DNA of 63,459 nucleotides, filler included, from Salisapilia sapeloensis CBS 127946 (lineage: Eukaryota > Protista > Oomycota): assembly GCA_023334545.1 (NCBI GenBank). It is 11 parts of 11 records of this genome, joined end to end, with 100 filler letters (N's around TTAATTAATTAA, not from the genome) between each part and the next. Parts side by side here need not be neighbours in the genome. Positions count along the whole stretch, not along the records: positions 47,345 to 49,109 come from JAADVB010001048.1; positions 49,210 to 56,148 come from JAADVB010000541.1; positions 56,249 to 57,958 come from JAADVB010001066.1; positions 58,059 to 59,456 come from JAADVB010001166.1; 7 more parts are not named here. One strand, 5' to 3'. This document shows, one piece after another, positions 47,486 through 59,556 of the stretch. Within the stretch, counting starts at the first letter, position 1. Every line of letters begins with the position of its first letter. Below the pieces are notes generated by a model. The model ran no database searches and was not told the DNA's origin. It saw only the letters and a program-made list of their open reading frames with translations. The position numbers and the translations under genes are program-made.

Positions 47486-48624
47486 ATATCAATGCTTCGA
47501 AGATGATACAGATGCAGACATAAGCGTATTCCTCATACCGGAGTCCTTGGATTCGACCGACGTGTCCTCAGGAGGTGCTGAATTAAGATTCACTCCACAT
47601 CTTAGTGAAAAATATATCAAGGGATTCGGAGCGCTGAAGTTAAGACCAAATATCGAAACAGTGTACGTAAAAACGAGGTTGCATAGCTGACCTTACTTAG
47701 GTACTCACTGCGATTGTTGTAGGCAAATCCAGGCCGGAGAGAAATTTGGCTCGGCGTCTTTTGGGAAAGCTTCAGCTAATGTTTCTTTCGCTGATGGCTT
47801 TCTCCAGGATTCTCCAAGCGTTGAAGTGCTTCTTCTCTTTGGAATCGATTTCGAATCCCAACCTTTCATCAATCTTGAGAAAGCAAAATCAACAAACCTG
47901 AGCACTTTTGCTTGTGATGATTGCCATCTGAAGGAAGCACCAACAAGCATTGCGAATGTCGATCAGCTTACATCTCTGTGAGTCTCATATAGAAAGGATA
48001 CCAGGTCGACCTCTTCCTAACCATGCATCATGTAGAGACTTGAGTTACAACAAGTTTGTATCCTTTCCCAAGAAATTCGAGGACATGAAAAACTTGGAAG
48101 AGTTAGCGTTGAATCATAACCAGCTCTCGTCGTTTGAAGTAGAACTGCCAAAACTGAAAAATCTGTACGTACCAATCTTCCTTAGAGAATACCAGAAGTT
48201 TGACGCATGCATTATGGATTCAGGCGACTTGATAATAACAACCTGAGATACATTCCTTCGGTCATTGGAAACATGAGCGATATGCAAGAATTGTAAGATA
48301 ACGAAGGCTATCTCATCAAGAAATTAAACTGACACTCTACTCTGTAGGAGTTTGACTGGGAATCCGAATATCAGATTCGATGTGACGCAAAAGATGTTCA
48401 ATGTACTGAACAACCTTGTGGAATTTACCATTGACTCGCCGAAGTCAAAACCAAGTTGTGATTCGCCGCTAAAAATCAAGTCAAAAGAGTTTTGCATCGT
48501 GTCGGAAAGTGAGATGCAAAATGCAGAGGGTGACAACAGCGGGAGTACGGCTAATTCTGGAGCATCCCACGGATCGAGCTACAAGGCATTGTACATGCTC
48601 TTCATATTTGCATTCATGTTATAG
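47346..48624 (+). CDS. LRR surface protein, 5'-truncated, multi-exon, with hydrophobic C-terminal tail (possible GPI anchor)
   Basis: Cys-rich N-terminus, LRRs (DLSYNKFVSFP, LEELALNHNQLSSF, LDNNNLRYIP, LTGNPN) in exons split by GT-AG introns, and the end SGSTANSGASHGSSYKALYMLFIFAFML-stop. Confidence 0.75.
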
Positions 48625-48968
48625 GAATTTGCTTCGACATGCGTTTGGAGCAGGCTTAAATGCAGGTGCAAATACATCATTCCCGAACTACTGGAATGCA
48701 TGCAGATGACTCCGAGTAAATGTGTTGTCGGCTAATAGCTACCTAGACACTGTTGATCGATGGATAAGCTAGATCTCATATAGTAGGTATATGCAATTAA
48801 GTCTAGTTCTGCAAATTGAAATCGTTTCATCTTTACTTATTCCCTTGTGTGGCTTTAAATTATACATTTAGAAGATATCGAAGGATTATGACCTAACTGG
48901 TCCGTGTCCTGGTAACTCCAGCTAAATTATTTGAGGTAGTCATGTTTACCTCATCAAAGCATTGGTAC

Positions 48969-49109
48969 TGGCAACCATCATCTTCTGGCGGATGGCAAGT
49001 GCTCAAATCATCATCAGAAGTACCATTGACTGCATAGCAGTAATTGTTATCTGCTTTAGCTTCATAAATCACGCACAGCTCATAGTCAGAGCTGCTGCTG
49101 CACTTGCCA
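48969..49109 (-). repeat. Terminal inverted repeat arm A2
   Basis: Exact reverse complement of 47345-47485. Confidence 0.97.
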
Positions 49110-49209
49110 NNNNNNNNNNNNNNNNNNNNNNNNNNNNNNNNNNNNNNNNNNNNTTAATTAATTAANNNNNNNNNNNNNNNNNNNNNNNNNNNNNNNNNNN
49201 NNNNNNNNN
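49110..49209. other. Artificial contig spacer
   Basis: N44-TTAATTAATTAA-N44. Confidence 0.99.
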
Positions 49210-49383
49210 GCTATCCACCGACCATTGTGCACCGTTCATTGAGAACGATCCGCACGGAATAAAAGGTGGCGAGAGCGCTCTAGCTTGAGAAAAGTTGGCA
49301 AGTCGTAGCGTCGACAGGATCAGCACCACGTCATCTTTGCTAGTCGTACACTGCACCGACGAGTGCATCGTCATCTCTTTGTT
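49210..49383 (+). repeat. Terminal inverted repeat arm B1 (141 bp perfect + 33 bp with 3 mismatches)
   Basis: Reverse complement of 55975-56148. Confidence 0.97.
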
Positions 49384-50466
49384 GGTTTCGAGATCCAGCT
49401 TTACACACCATCAATGCGAGTTGTTGGGTAAACCTCTAAACGATAAAAATTACATTCAAGTTTAACAAGATTTTTTGCCGCCGTACCACTCTTTCTATCG
49501 ATGAAAATGGTGAGAATTGCAGCGTGCTTCCTGCTCCGAATTCTAGACTTTGTCATTTTCTAGTATTTCTAAACTTGTCTCCACAAATCGTGCGCCATTG
49601 CTTTTGTCTCTTGTTTACCAGATCTTTGTCACGTAGCGGCATGATTTGACTACATGACCGAAGTCATCTCAGTGACACCAGCGCAAACATGTGGCATTTA
49701 CATCACAATGCCGCACCTTCAGATGATTCGACAAGAAAATGACACTGAAGCGTTCGATAACGTGTTGCTCTGCGTTCGATCCTACCCTTTTGGAGACTTT
49801 TGTTATGCTGCATGCGAGAATGGTAGCATTTCATGCAGGTTGAGTATCCGTGTAGGTTTCTTATCAAGATCTTCGAGTGAGCGCATTTCTTGTGCCAAAG
49901 GCTGAGTTTGCCTTGTTTACCATCATAGCTCTTGCGTACTTCAGATCTCGTGACGAAAATTCGGGTCCCATAGACCATGGTCCTTAGTCTTCTATTGCTT
50001 TTTTCAGTGGGAAATCGAGTCATTCGACATGCCATCATGTATGTTCCATTGCACTAATCGCATCAATGACAATCTTTTCTTGCACAAGCATTCCGTCACT
50101 AGAGGGAAAGCATTCGAACGTGATGACAGCATACGATCTTTCTGCAAGATTTCCATTGTCTAGTCATATATGATCTAGGGATTCTTGTGATGCAAGTAGT
50201 TTCTCTGCTAGCTAGATCACGAAGTTGATGAATAAGATTATAGCGTTGGATAGATGGATATGTCTGTCATCATTTCGAGCAAATTGTAATTGAAAACTCA
50301 CGGAATTAACACGGTGGTTTTAAGAATAAAGATAGGTGTCGAGTGAATGGTAACTTGACAGTAATACTGTGCTTCTAGCCACAATACGCTCCCTTTATAA
50401 CATCCATACGAATCAAGTTTATGACTGCAACAAGCAGAAGGTCGCGTCGAAATGTACGAGCATTTA

Positions 50467-51420
50467 TTAGTGACGCTTAAAATCGTCGACGTCCACGTAC
50501 TCTGCATCGATCACCGTGCGTTTTCTACCTGATCCAGAACTTTGCAGCAGATCGATGCTGGTTCCAGAGCGGCGATCTTTATATGTCAATTTCTGGATCG
50601 ACAAGTTCCCAGAGCTATCTGTCGATGCCTTCAGCTTTACTACAGCCGGAGCTCCTTCCACAGGAAACGTGCTTTCGATCTTGGCTACCCCATTAACACT
50701 GCTTTCACTCCAGCCTTGCGGTCCTGACACATATACGTCGCCATACTGGTCTTGGATGTGTCGATTGGATTGCAACGCATCGTTAATCTGCTGGCTCAGG
50801 TCCGCGGCTCGTTGCAACGAAGCGTTCATCTCTTTCCCAACGAACGAAAAGATGGTCTTGGCGACACCACGCACCATGAACGGCAGGCCCTGTAGCATAT
50901 TGTCTAGCTCATTGCCAGAACTGGCAGAGGCTCGACGAGTGGCAGTGTTCGTGCCACCATATCGACGTCGCATTTGGTCGATATCGGAAAAGATACTGCC
51001 AAATGGGTCCGACGGACGTGATCGGAAGCGGCCGAAAGGTCCAAAGAATCGCTGATAGAGCGTGTAGATACCGTATCCGGCAGCTCCGACGATGATAAAA
51101 CCAAAAGCAAAGGACGAGGCGACGACGACTGCGCCGGCTCCGGCAGCGACGAGTGCGCCTGTCTTGACTGTATCTCTCCAATCACGAGGAGGCCATGGAC
51201 TGCGTCCTTGATGGAATAAACGTACTTGTAATGGAGAATGCTTCCGTTCGTTCTGAACCAACAAGGTTTGGGATGGAAGAATCGGCAGTGGCGTACGTGC
51301 CAATGGCTTCAACAGCATCTTGTCTACACTAGAAACATTTTGACTCGCATGCGGAGATGCAAGCGTCGTGGACGCTCGTGGCAGTGTCCGCCTCGAGCTA
51401 CGTACTGCTCTTGCAAGCAT
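50467..51420 (-). CDS. Probable mitochondrial inner-membrane protein (TIM21/Coa1-like C-terminus suspected)
   Basis: Arg/Ser-rich acid-free N-terminus from MLARAVRSSRR, a hydrophobic TM segment and a beta-rich C-terminal domain. The family call is tentative. Confidence 0.55.
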   Translation of the reverse strand: MLARAVRSSRRTLPRASTTLASPHASQNVSSVDKMLLKPLARTPLPILPSQTLLVQNERKHSPLQVRLFHQGRSPWPPRDWRDTVKTGALVAAGAGAVVVASSFAFGFIIVGAAGYGIYTLYQRFFGPFGRFRSRPSDPFGSIFSDIDQMRRRYGGTNTATRRASASSGNELDNMLQGLPFMVRGVAKTIFSFVGKEMNASLQRAADLSQQINDALQSNRHIQDQYGDVYVSGPQGWSESSVNGVAKIESTFPVEGAPAVVKLKASTDSSGNLSIQKLTYKDRRSGTSIDLLQSSGSGRKRTVIDAEYVDVDDFKRH

Positions 51421-51844
51421 TCTTCGATCGAGTGTCACTTTGGAGAATATTACGCCAAGGGTAGGTAATGTATCGACTTTCGAAGGTACGACGGTCTTCA
51501 GTTCAAGCGTCGATCGCTCGAATGTCGCTGGACCGATGCTTGGTCTACTCAGTACGCATCGTCTTCTCACTCCATCTCTCTACCAATACCTTAAGCAGCT
51601 AGTTCTGGATATTTCAGCTACTGCATGAAGCCAGGGGAAATGATGGGATCTTGAAAGTACACGTGGAAATTCCGAATTAAAATACCAAGCGACATGTACG
51701 ATTTCCATAGGTGGGTGTCCAGTTTAATGTGCCTATGTCGTAATCGACGACTCACACCTACCGAGACACTAAGTAAGCGCAATCGCATTGCTACTTTCTT
51801 CCGACTCGACCGACTTGGCTTTACTTCTTTCGACTTGTAGAAAC

Positions 51845-54279
51845 ATGCCATGGGTGAAGCGAGTGCTATTGAATCCACGGGCGTACATCGTCCCGTTCTT
51901 ACTGTGTATCGTCCTCCACCATATCCCGATTGTCGTCGCCTACGCTCTACTATGGGCTCCGGACGGTAGTGACTGTCAGCGTCTGGACGATTTAGAGGAA
52001 TGGCTGCTCGTGTCCTTCATACTACACCTCATCATAGCGTTCTTCATGCTCGTGAACATCACGATCACGGAACTCATGCCGGTTCGACGAGAATTCCGGC
52101 CAGAGGTACGCTTTAGCTCTCGTGAAAGCCATTCACAGATACTTATATTGTCTCGAGTAGAACTATGTCGTCACGTTCATAGCCCAGCTATACCTCGTCA
52201 ACCTAGGTACGTCTCTTCATTCCTTCCAAGGTACTTACATGCAGCTCATAGCATGCATCAATAGGGTGGGTCATCTATGGTGAGGCTTCCTTCCCAGTCA
52301 ACACTTCCTCCTGTGCCTTCCGCCAGACAGATGAAGAGCTGTCCTCAGAAGTCCAATCCACTGCCAGTCGGATCGGTAGCGTCCAGCACTTTGACTTTGT
52401 CTTCACGCCGATTATAATCGGCCTCGCCATCATCTCGTCCTTTTGTTTTGGCGTCCACTCGACGCACACACGAGACTTTGCTGCTCGTCGATGGGCCCAG
52501 CGATGTCTCTGCTGCTACCGCTGCTTCACCTGTCGCGACCCAAAGGAGCTACAGCAGCTAGAAGACGACATCTTCGGTAGTCTAGGCAACCTCCTCGGTC
52601 GCTTCTTCGTCGTCCACAACCAGACCACAAACGAGTACGAAGGTTTAGAGTTCAACGACCTGTCCTTAGCACTTCGCCTCGTGTCCAGAGCTCAGCGAGA
52701 GGAGCGAGAGTCGATGGTGAAAAAGCTAGAGAACCAAGTCGAGGGCGACGACAGTCGACAAGCTGCTCCTTCCAGCACCAGCACCAGTATGGCTCCGTTC
52801 CTTCGTGACATTCGATCGAGAGAATCGAGTATCTTTGGCTCCGAGAAGCTCCAGCAGCGATTCCCACGCAAAGACGAGCGCCATCGACTAAAAGAACTCT
52901 CTCGATACGGTCGACTCGCCATTGCCATCTACGGATGGCCGATCTACGTATGGTACTCTCCCTGCTTTTGGTTCCGCCTCTTGTCCTGCTGTGCCAAAAC
53001 GATGGAAGACCAGATCGTCGAAAAGGATACTTTGACACAGAGCAACCGTGCGTCTTTCCTTAGCTACTCTGGCGTCCCCAACGACGCACTCATCTATCTT
53101 AACTGCACGAATAACATCTTCACAGCGCCCTTTGCCATTGTGAAAGACGTAGAGAGGAAAGAGCTGGTCATTAGCATCCGGGGGAGTATGTCCATGTATG
53201 ACTTTATGACCGACGGTATGGCAGAAGTCGTACGGATGGACCCTTCAGAGCTTCCAGGTGATATCCCAAATCCGATGGAGACTAGGACGCACAAAGGCAT
53301 GCTACGCACTGCTCGTTTGATATGGCAAAACTTGGGCGAGAAGGGCAAGTGCAAGGAAAGGTTCTGGGACTTTGCCATGCAGAACTGTCGCGTGGACACG
53401 ACATTGGATGAAGAGGTCATTGGTGACGCCAAACACGACAAGAGTCCGCGCGAATGGTCTATCGTCGTGACTGGACACTCCATGGGTGCAGGCGTCGGTG
53501 GCATCCTTTCCATCTTCTTGAAAAAGTATTTTCCAGACACGAGAGCTTTCTTGTATGCGAGTCCGATGCTCTTTGATCCGTTCACTGCGAAGTGGACGCG
53601 ATCGTTCATGACGACGACGGTGTATGGAGATGACATTGTACCTCGGCTGTCGATTGCCAACATGACGCGTCTGCGAGATGAGCTCATCGATAGGTATAGA
53701 GCAGTTGCGGATGAACCTTACTATAAGTCGAATGGCTGGTACAAGGTCAAGCGGAAGACGGACCAACGGCTGCGTGGTACTCCAGCGCCGTCTCCACGTC
53801 CGTTTGAACCGAATGCTGGCTTCTCGGCACTAGAAGAAGAGAATCGCGCGAATGAGCTACGGATCACGATTGATCGTGAACTCGATGAGGCGAATCCGAT
53901 GACGACGCCGAAAGCTGAGAAACTAACGTCGCATGTGTGGGAGCCGATTGAAAAAGCGCAGGAGGTGGATGTGCCTGGCGATATTGTGCACATCCATACG
54001 GCACAGGATCCACGCAACTGTAGCTGCACGATGCTCTTGGGGGAACAGGATCTGACGTACACTCGCCGAGATGCCAAGTTCTTCCGAAGGATATGGGTGA
54101 ACGCCAGGTCTGCACAAGATCATATGGTGCACCACTACGATAGGAATATCGTACACTTGATCGACCGGTGTCTCGTGTTTGACGACGACACTGGGCCGAA
54201 TCTCCAAGACGGTTCGTCCGGCGAAGTAGTTGACACCTCCGATTCACACGACGAAGCTTTAAGCTCCAGCAGTAGCTAG
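51845..54279 (+). CDS. Class 3 lipase, DAG-lipase-like (N-terminal TM helices; spliced)
   Basis: VISIRGSMS..D..TD, THKGM, VTGHSMGAG (GxSxG), GDDIVPRLS and DH motifs. The N-terminal TM exons come from ORF 51788-52264. Confidence 0.88.
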
Positions 54280-55974
54280 AACATACAACTGCATGTCGAT
54301 ACTTCTTAATACAACTTTATGCTATAGACACCTTCATTTATCCCAAGCGTCTGTCTTCGCTTTATGTAGTGTACCTTGCATGCACATGGTAACTAGAGGT
54401 CGATCTCGACATGGGACTTATGGTGCTTTGACTTCCTTTCAAAAGCCATGAAAGTTCATCCATACCAAGTAGAAACCACCGTCAACGTCGAGGTATCAAG
54501 GCAGTAAGGTCGATCGAATTGACTGGAGAGGTGATACACAGACACGTCGAGCGTTTTGGTTTTCCGAACGCTACTCTTATAGCGCACAGGAGAGGTTCTC
54601 AATTTACTGGATACTTTCAGAGTGTACACAGGTGCAGTCCGTCTCTCGTCTGTATAAGGTCGAATGCAATACTCAAACTTATGTCATGAACGTGATAGGA
54701 GATAAAGCCCTGGGTTATGCAAGTAGACATCTTGAAAGTAGTAGCTGAAGCGTTTAAGACTCTTGGCTTGTTCTTGGATACTGTGCACAACAAAGATTAC
54801 AAGCCCAATGCCGGATGTAATACACGGTGTGCACGACAGAATTGGTGCTGGCAATTTGTGTAGTCGTTTATGGAGAATAAGTCCAATTGTGACTACTAAA
54901 AGCTACTCTGTTCTGCCGTTACCAGAGCCAATTTGTCACAAAAGGCTCGCCTTCTCAGATAATGTCTTGTCAACGCTCTCCATAGAATATGGCACTAATT
55001 GTGCTTCGCATTGATTCTCCGCTTTTACTTTATTCGTAATGAGGACACATTCTAGTGTTCTGCGACCCGCACTTGCAACGAAAATGTAGCCCGCATCTAC
55101 ACTGCTGGAGAGAATACTATATGGGGAGTAACGACAGTGATGCTGACAATCTTCGTAGCTGTAGAGATGGAAGCTGCATGGTATGGTGGCCATATAATAG
55201 CTAGGAGGGAGCATTCTATTTAGTGCTATCACAAGTACGAATGTGGCTATTGTAATAGAGGAGAATCTGATCTTGAGATTTCTGGTCTGCAGCACACCTG
55301 TTAGATAGCTCCCGTGATTGCATGCTTTCGAACACGAATCTGTTCCACATTAACTCTGTCATATATGGTTAATGCATCTAGCCGATCGCAAGGCTACTCA
55401 CGACATCATTCGCGTAGACGCTGTATGATATTGGTTGGCGGAAAGGTAACTGGTGTAGCGGTGAGCAAAGCAAGCACATAGCGTCAAAGCGCCTCGTTGC
55501 TATCTGTGTAAGCTTCAACAAGCACACGAGTGGCATTATCGCTCACCAAATTTATTCCTTGGACAAGATAGAATGCCAGTATGACAAAAGTCTGAATGCG
55601 AATCGGACTTGCGGTGCTCGAAGGCTGCCAACCAACACTGAATTGAGGAGCATCCTTTCTTGCTTACGAATGGCTGGTAGAAACTATACATCCGCTTGAA
55701 GTTCCATATAGACTCTATAGAACGAAGCGAGCTCCTCAATGGCAGAGTAGATTCGCCTATCTTCCGTATTTGACGTAGTAGAGCTTGCAATTGAGTAGGT
55801 CGCATTCACAACCTAATACAAGGCTGTTCACTGTGGTATCACGTGTGGGGTGGAACTAATTTTTATTCTGTTTGGCGGAACGGTCGCTTTTTCAACGCTG
55901 TAGGTAAAAAGAAGGCTTTGGCGGGTCACAAAAGCTGACTTTCATACGAGGCAAAAATTTCGTACAAGGCTGTT

Positions 55975-56148
55975 AACAAAGAGATGACGATGCACTCGTC
56001 AATGCAATGTACGACTAGCAAAGATGACGTGGTGCTGATCCTGTCGACGCTACGACTTGCCAACTTTTCTCAAGCTAGAGCGCTCTCGCCACCTTTTATT
56101 CCGTGCGGATCGTTCTCAATGAACGGTGCACAATGGTCGGTGGATAGC
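55975..56148 (-). repeat. Terminal inverted repeat arm B2
   Basis: Reverse complement of 49210-49383. Confidence 0.97.
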
Positions 56149-56248
56149 NNNNNNNNNNNNNNNNNNNNNNNNNNNNNNNNNNNNNNNNNNNNTTAATTAA
56201 TTAANNNNNNNNNNNNNNNNNNNNNNNNNNNNNNNNNNNNNNNNNNNN
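56149..56248. other. Artificial contig spacer
   Basis: N44-TTAATTAATTAA-N44. Confidence 0.99.
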
Positions 56249-56389
56249 GCTAATCTACTAAATAACTATAAAACCATGTCAAATAGACACCACATTTAAA
56301 AACTTAGCCCAGTCGCATCACGTACTCTTAAAGTCATATTCGAAACAAGTGGATACAAATAGTCTGTAACTGCGCCTAGATATGCTAGC
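56249..56389 (+). repeat. Terminal inverted repeat arm C1 (141 bp, perfect)
   Basis: Exact reverse complement of 57818-57958. Confidence 0.97.
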
Positions 56390-57817
56390 ATGGTCACTTT
56401 GGTGTTTAAGACACGCAAAGGTTTTTTAATGAGAATTTTGACGAATGTTAGATTTGTTGTAAATTGTGAAAAGATCAGCGCTTACGAATTAAGAAATAAA
56501 TGAGAGAATTCGAGCAGGTATGTATAGTATATCTAGAGGATTAAGCGTATCTAAAACACGTTTAATTGGTCAAATCTGATTTAGAACTATTTATACAACT
56601 AAAATACGAACATAAAATTACAATAGTCTACCGAAAAGTTCGTTTACCGCTGCATATGGTAACAATGTTGAATGGCGTCATATTTAAAACTAAATTGCAG
56701 CAAACAATGTGTTCCAATAGTTCATTTAAACATTTTGTGCCTAAAGTCAACTACAAGTATAGAAAGTGTTGTTGTACTAAAACAATAAATAAAAATGCTT
56801 CCCAAATAAGCACGCAAAGCGACAGACTTGGAAACGCGTTCTTGTATATATGGCATGACCATATCGAATTTTAGCTGCCTAAAAAGCACAGCTTCTATTG
56901 TTGAATAATGTGACGGAAGTCAGAACGGTAGCTGTAACGGGAAGTTACATGAATGTATCCTAAGCTGGGGTAACATTCCGGATCTTGAAGTGGGTCCTTG
57001 TATTGGAGCATGTGATGCAAATACAAAGGTACAAGGAACATGAATGGTCGTTAGACCTTTCCATACTAAGATGAAGATTAAGGAGATTGTATTAGGATTT
57101 AGTAGGTATATAGAAACGCTAAGTCTAGTATTCGAATTAAGCCTCAATACAATCAGTTCTCATTTTGCTTTCTAAAGCACAAGTGTCTTACACTACTTCC
57201 GTACTTTTAGTACAAGAGTTTCATACTCCGCGTTTTACTCTTCCCTTACGTTCAAAGGGCTATCGTTGTGACTCCCGTCACACCAGATCTAAGGTCATTT
57301 TCGGCCAATTTCATTCGCGAAGTATGTTTACATATGTATGCTAGCTACATGCAAGCAACAGAACCAGCTCGTAATGCGCATTAACCCATTGGTGCAAAAG
57401 TAACATTTCGATGTATTTGTATGCTGATGCTGTTCGGATACACAAGCGCAGAATGGTTATCAAAAAGGGAAACATATGACAGCGTTTTGATAGCTACAAG
57501 CACACGTGACATATCAACATATTTACAAACTTGATGGTCTAATTTTGCTTTATCATTAACTACAACTGTTCATGACTGTTTGCAGAGTATCATATTGCCC
57601 TCATAGCAATGCTGTCTAGGTTCAAACATTGTAGCATTAACTCTACACAATAGGCAATCAAACTATTGTGTACATGCTACACACAATTGTCGTACCACAT
57701 AAAGTATTCATGCAGAGAAGAAATCATAATCTTTGCTCACAATACGGCGGGTCATGACATGACTTTTTAACAACTTGTTACACATTTACATCATACATTC
57801 AACCCACAAAGAACCAC

Positions 57818-57958
57818 GCTAGCATATCTAGGCGCAGTTACAGACTATTTGTATCCACTTGTTTCGAATATGACTTTAAGAGTACGTGATGCGACTGGGC
57901 TAAGTTTTTAAATGTGGTGTCTATTTGACATGGTTTTATAGTTATTTAGTAGATTAGC
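57818..57958 (-). repeat. Terminal inverted repeat arm C2
   Basis: Exact reverse complement of 56249-56389. Confidence 0.97.
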
Positions 57959-58058
57959 NNNNNNNNNNNNNNNNNNNNNNNNNNNNNNNNNNNNNNNNNN
58001 NNTTAATTAATTAANNNNNNNNNNNNNNNNNNNNNNNNNNNNNNNNNNNNNNNNNNNN
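57959..58058. other. Artificial contig spacer
   Basis: N44-TTAATTAATTAA-N44. Confidence 0.99.
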
Positions 58059-58655
58059 CGGCGCACGAGGAGCGTCCGGTGGAGCACGCCAACTAGGATG
58101 ACTATTATTTACACTCCATGGAAGCGACGAACATGATATGAAATCGCTTTAACTCTTTTGTTTGGTGTTTGTTGAGGAAGTTTGTCACGTGAGACTCTGG
58201 TCTTCAAGTGTCCGGAACGGATGGGGGAGCGTCTGTTGAGGTGCAGGCTCTTTGCATGGTAAGCAGGCACTTGTCTACTATCCTCTGCTTGAGCCTCGGG
58301 ATCGGAACTAACGCCGTTACAGACTCTTCGGTTTCGATTTTCATGGCTGCTGTCCGACCGAAACGGACTCTGTCGCATCCTTTCAGAGCTGCCGTGTTGC
58401 GCCTGTATACAGAGGGAAGGAGATGTGTCTTCTGGCATGACTCACGAGCTCTCGCAACCCTATCAGTATGCCATCATGTCACTAATTACGTCCTGCAGTT
58501 GATACAGGGGCACTGGATGGGCATTCAAGCGGCAGAAGACCATTCTCGACTCGGACAGCTACCGCCCACTTGGCGCTGCCTCGAGCAACGGACATCTGGA
58601 AAGTGAAGCCACCGGCCGGAATTCGCTTCCTCCTGCAAAAGAGAATTTCCAGGCG

Positions 58656-59375
58656 ATGACCTACAAGCTACGGCTGAGCACTTGCAGTAGCATCGATAGC
58701 AGCGACGATGACTGCGACAGCACAAGCGAAGGAATGAGCAGGGAGCGTCTTTCAGTCGCCCAGTCCGCTGCGATTGGCATCCCGCCACTCGACTACGCCG
58801 TCATGGTACCCATCTGCCCATACATGCCGATAGCACGCCAGGCCAAACGCTTCCTCGAGAGCATAAGCAGCGTAGTCATCACTTCGGCCATCGAGCTCGC
58901 CATCGACTCGGAAGACGATCCAGCGTACTACTACATTATCAGCCTCTACTCTCGACGGCAGTTCCAGTCGCAGGCGGAGCAGCGAGGCATTCCGACGAAC
59001 CAAAAGGACCAGCCTACCTCCACCACGACGTCCGTCGACGAACAAGCGCCGGTCCTCCAAACCCAGCACCGCTACTCGGAGTTCGTATCGCTGCGAACGA
59101 AGCTCAAATTCTGTCTCGAGCGGAAGAAGACGAGCAAGTGCGGCTACTGCCGAGGTCTGAAAACATTCATCCAGACGAGTCCAGCCCAGCCGAGTCTCAA
59201 GGTCAAGCTCGTCTCGAGCGTCGACGAACGCAAGTCGATCCTCACGACCTTCCTCAACGACGTAATCACGAGAGCTAATTCGCCCATCGACGCGTCCTCC
59301 GCATACGTCCACAAGTACCACCACATCCAGTCGCTACTCTACTGGTTCCTCAATCCCAACGGAGTCCAATTATAA
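58656..59375 (+). CDS. PX-like domain protein with CxxC insert
   Basis: YYYIISL...HRYSEFVSLRTKL...KCGYC...P.PS...ERKSILTTFLNDVI pattern and coding-like codon usage. Confidence 0.7.
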   Translation: MTYKLRLSTCSSIDSSDDDCDSTSEGMSRERLSVAQSAAIGIPPLDYAVMVPICPYMPIARQAKRFLESISSVVITSAIELAIDSEDDPAYYYIISLYSRRQFQSQAEQRGIPTNQKDQPTSTTTSVDEQAPVLQTQHRYSEFVSLRTKLKFCLERKKTSKCGYCRGLKTFIQTSPAQPSLKVKLVSSVDERKSILTTFLNDVITRANSPIDASSAYVHKYHHIQSLLYWFLNPNGVQL

Positions 59376-59456
59376 ACGCACGAAACACGCATGTACTCTT
59401 CAACTACTTATCCATTCACTCGTGCATGCAGCACACGATACTCTCTTTATATGTAC

Positions 59457-59556
59457 NNNNNNNNNNNNNNNNNNNNNNNNNNNNNNNNNNNNNNNNNNNN
59501 TTAATTAATTAANNNNNNNNNNNNNNNNNNNNNNNNNNNNNNNNNNNNNNNNNNNN
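59457..59556. other. Artificial contig spacer
   Basis: N44-TTAATTAATTAA-N44. Confidence 0.99.

Noticed and set aside
55817-55974. 12-bp direct repeat TACAAGGCTGTT (55817-55828 and 55963-55974) abutting arm B2
   Set aside because: About one such nearby pair is expected by chance in a window this size, and the enclosed 134 bp has no SINE or MITE hallmarks.
54300-55974. Short ORFs downstream of the lipase that might be transposon remnants
   Set aside because: No transposase, RT or integrase motifs could be recognised in any frame.
58752-59324. 190-aa antisense ORF over the PX-like gene (also 39817-40266 and 53094-53687)
   Set aside because: Codon-bias shadows of GC3-rich sense genes.
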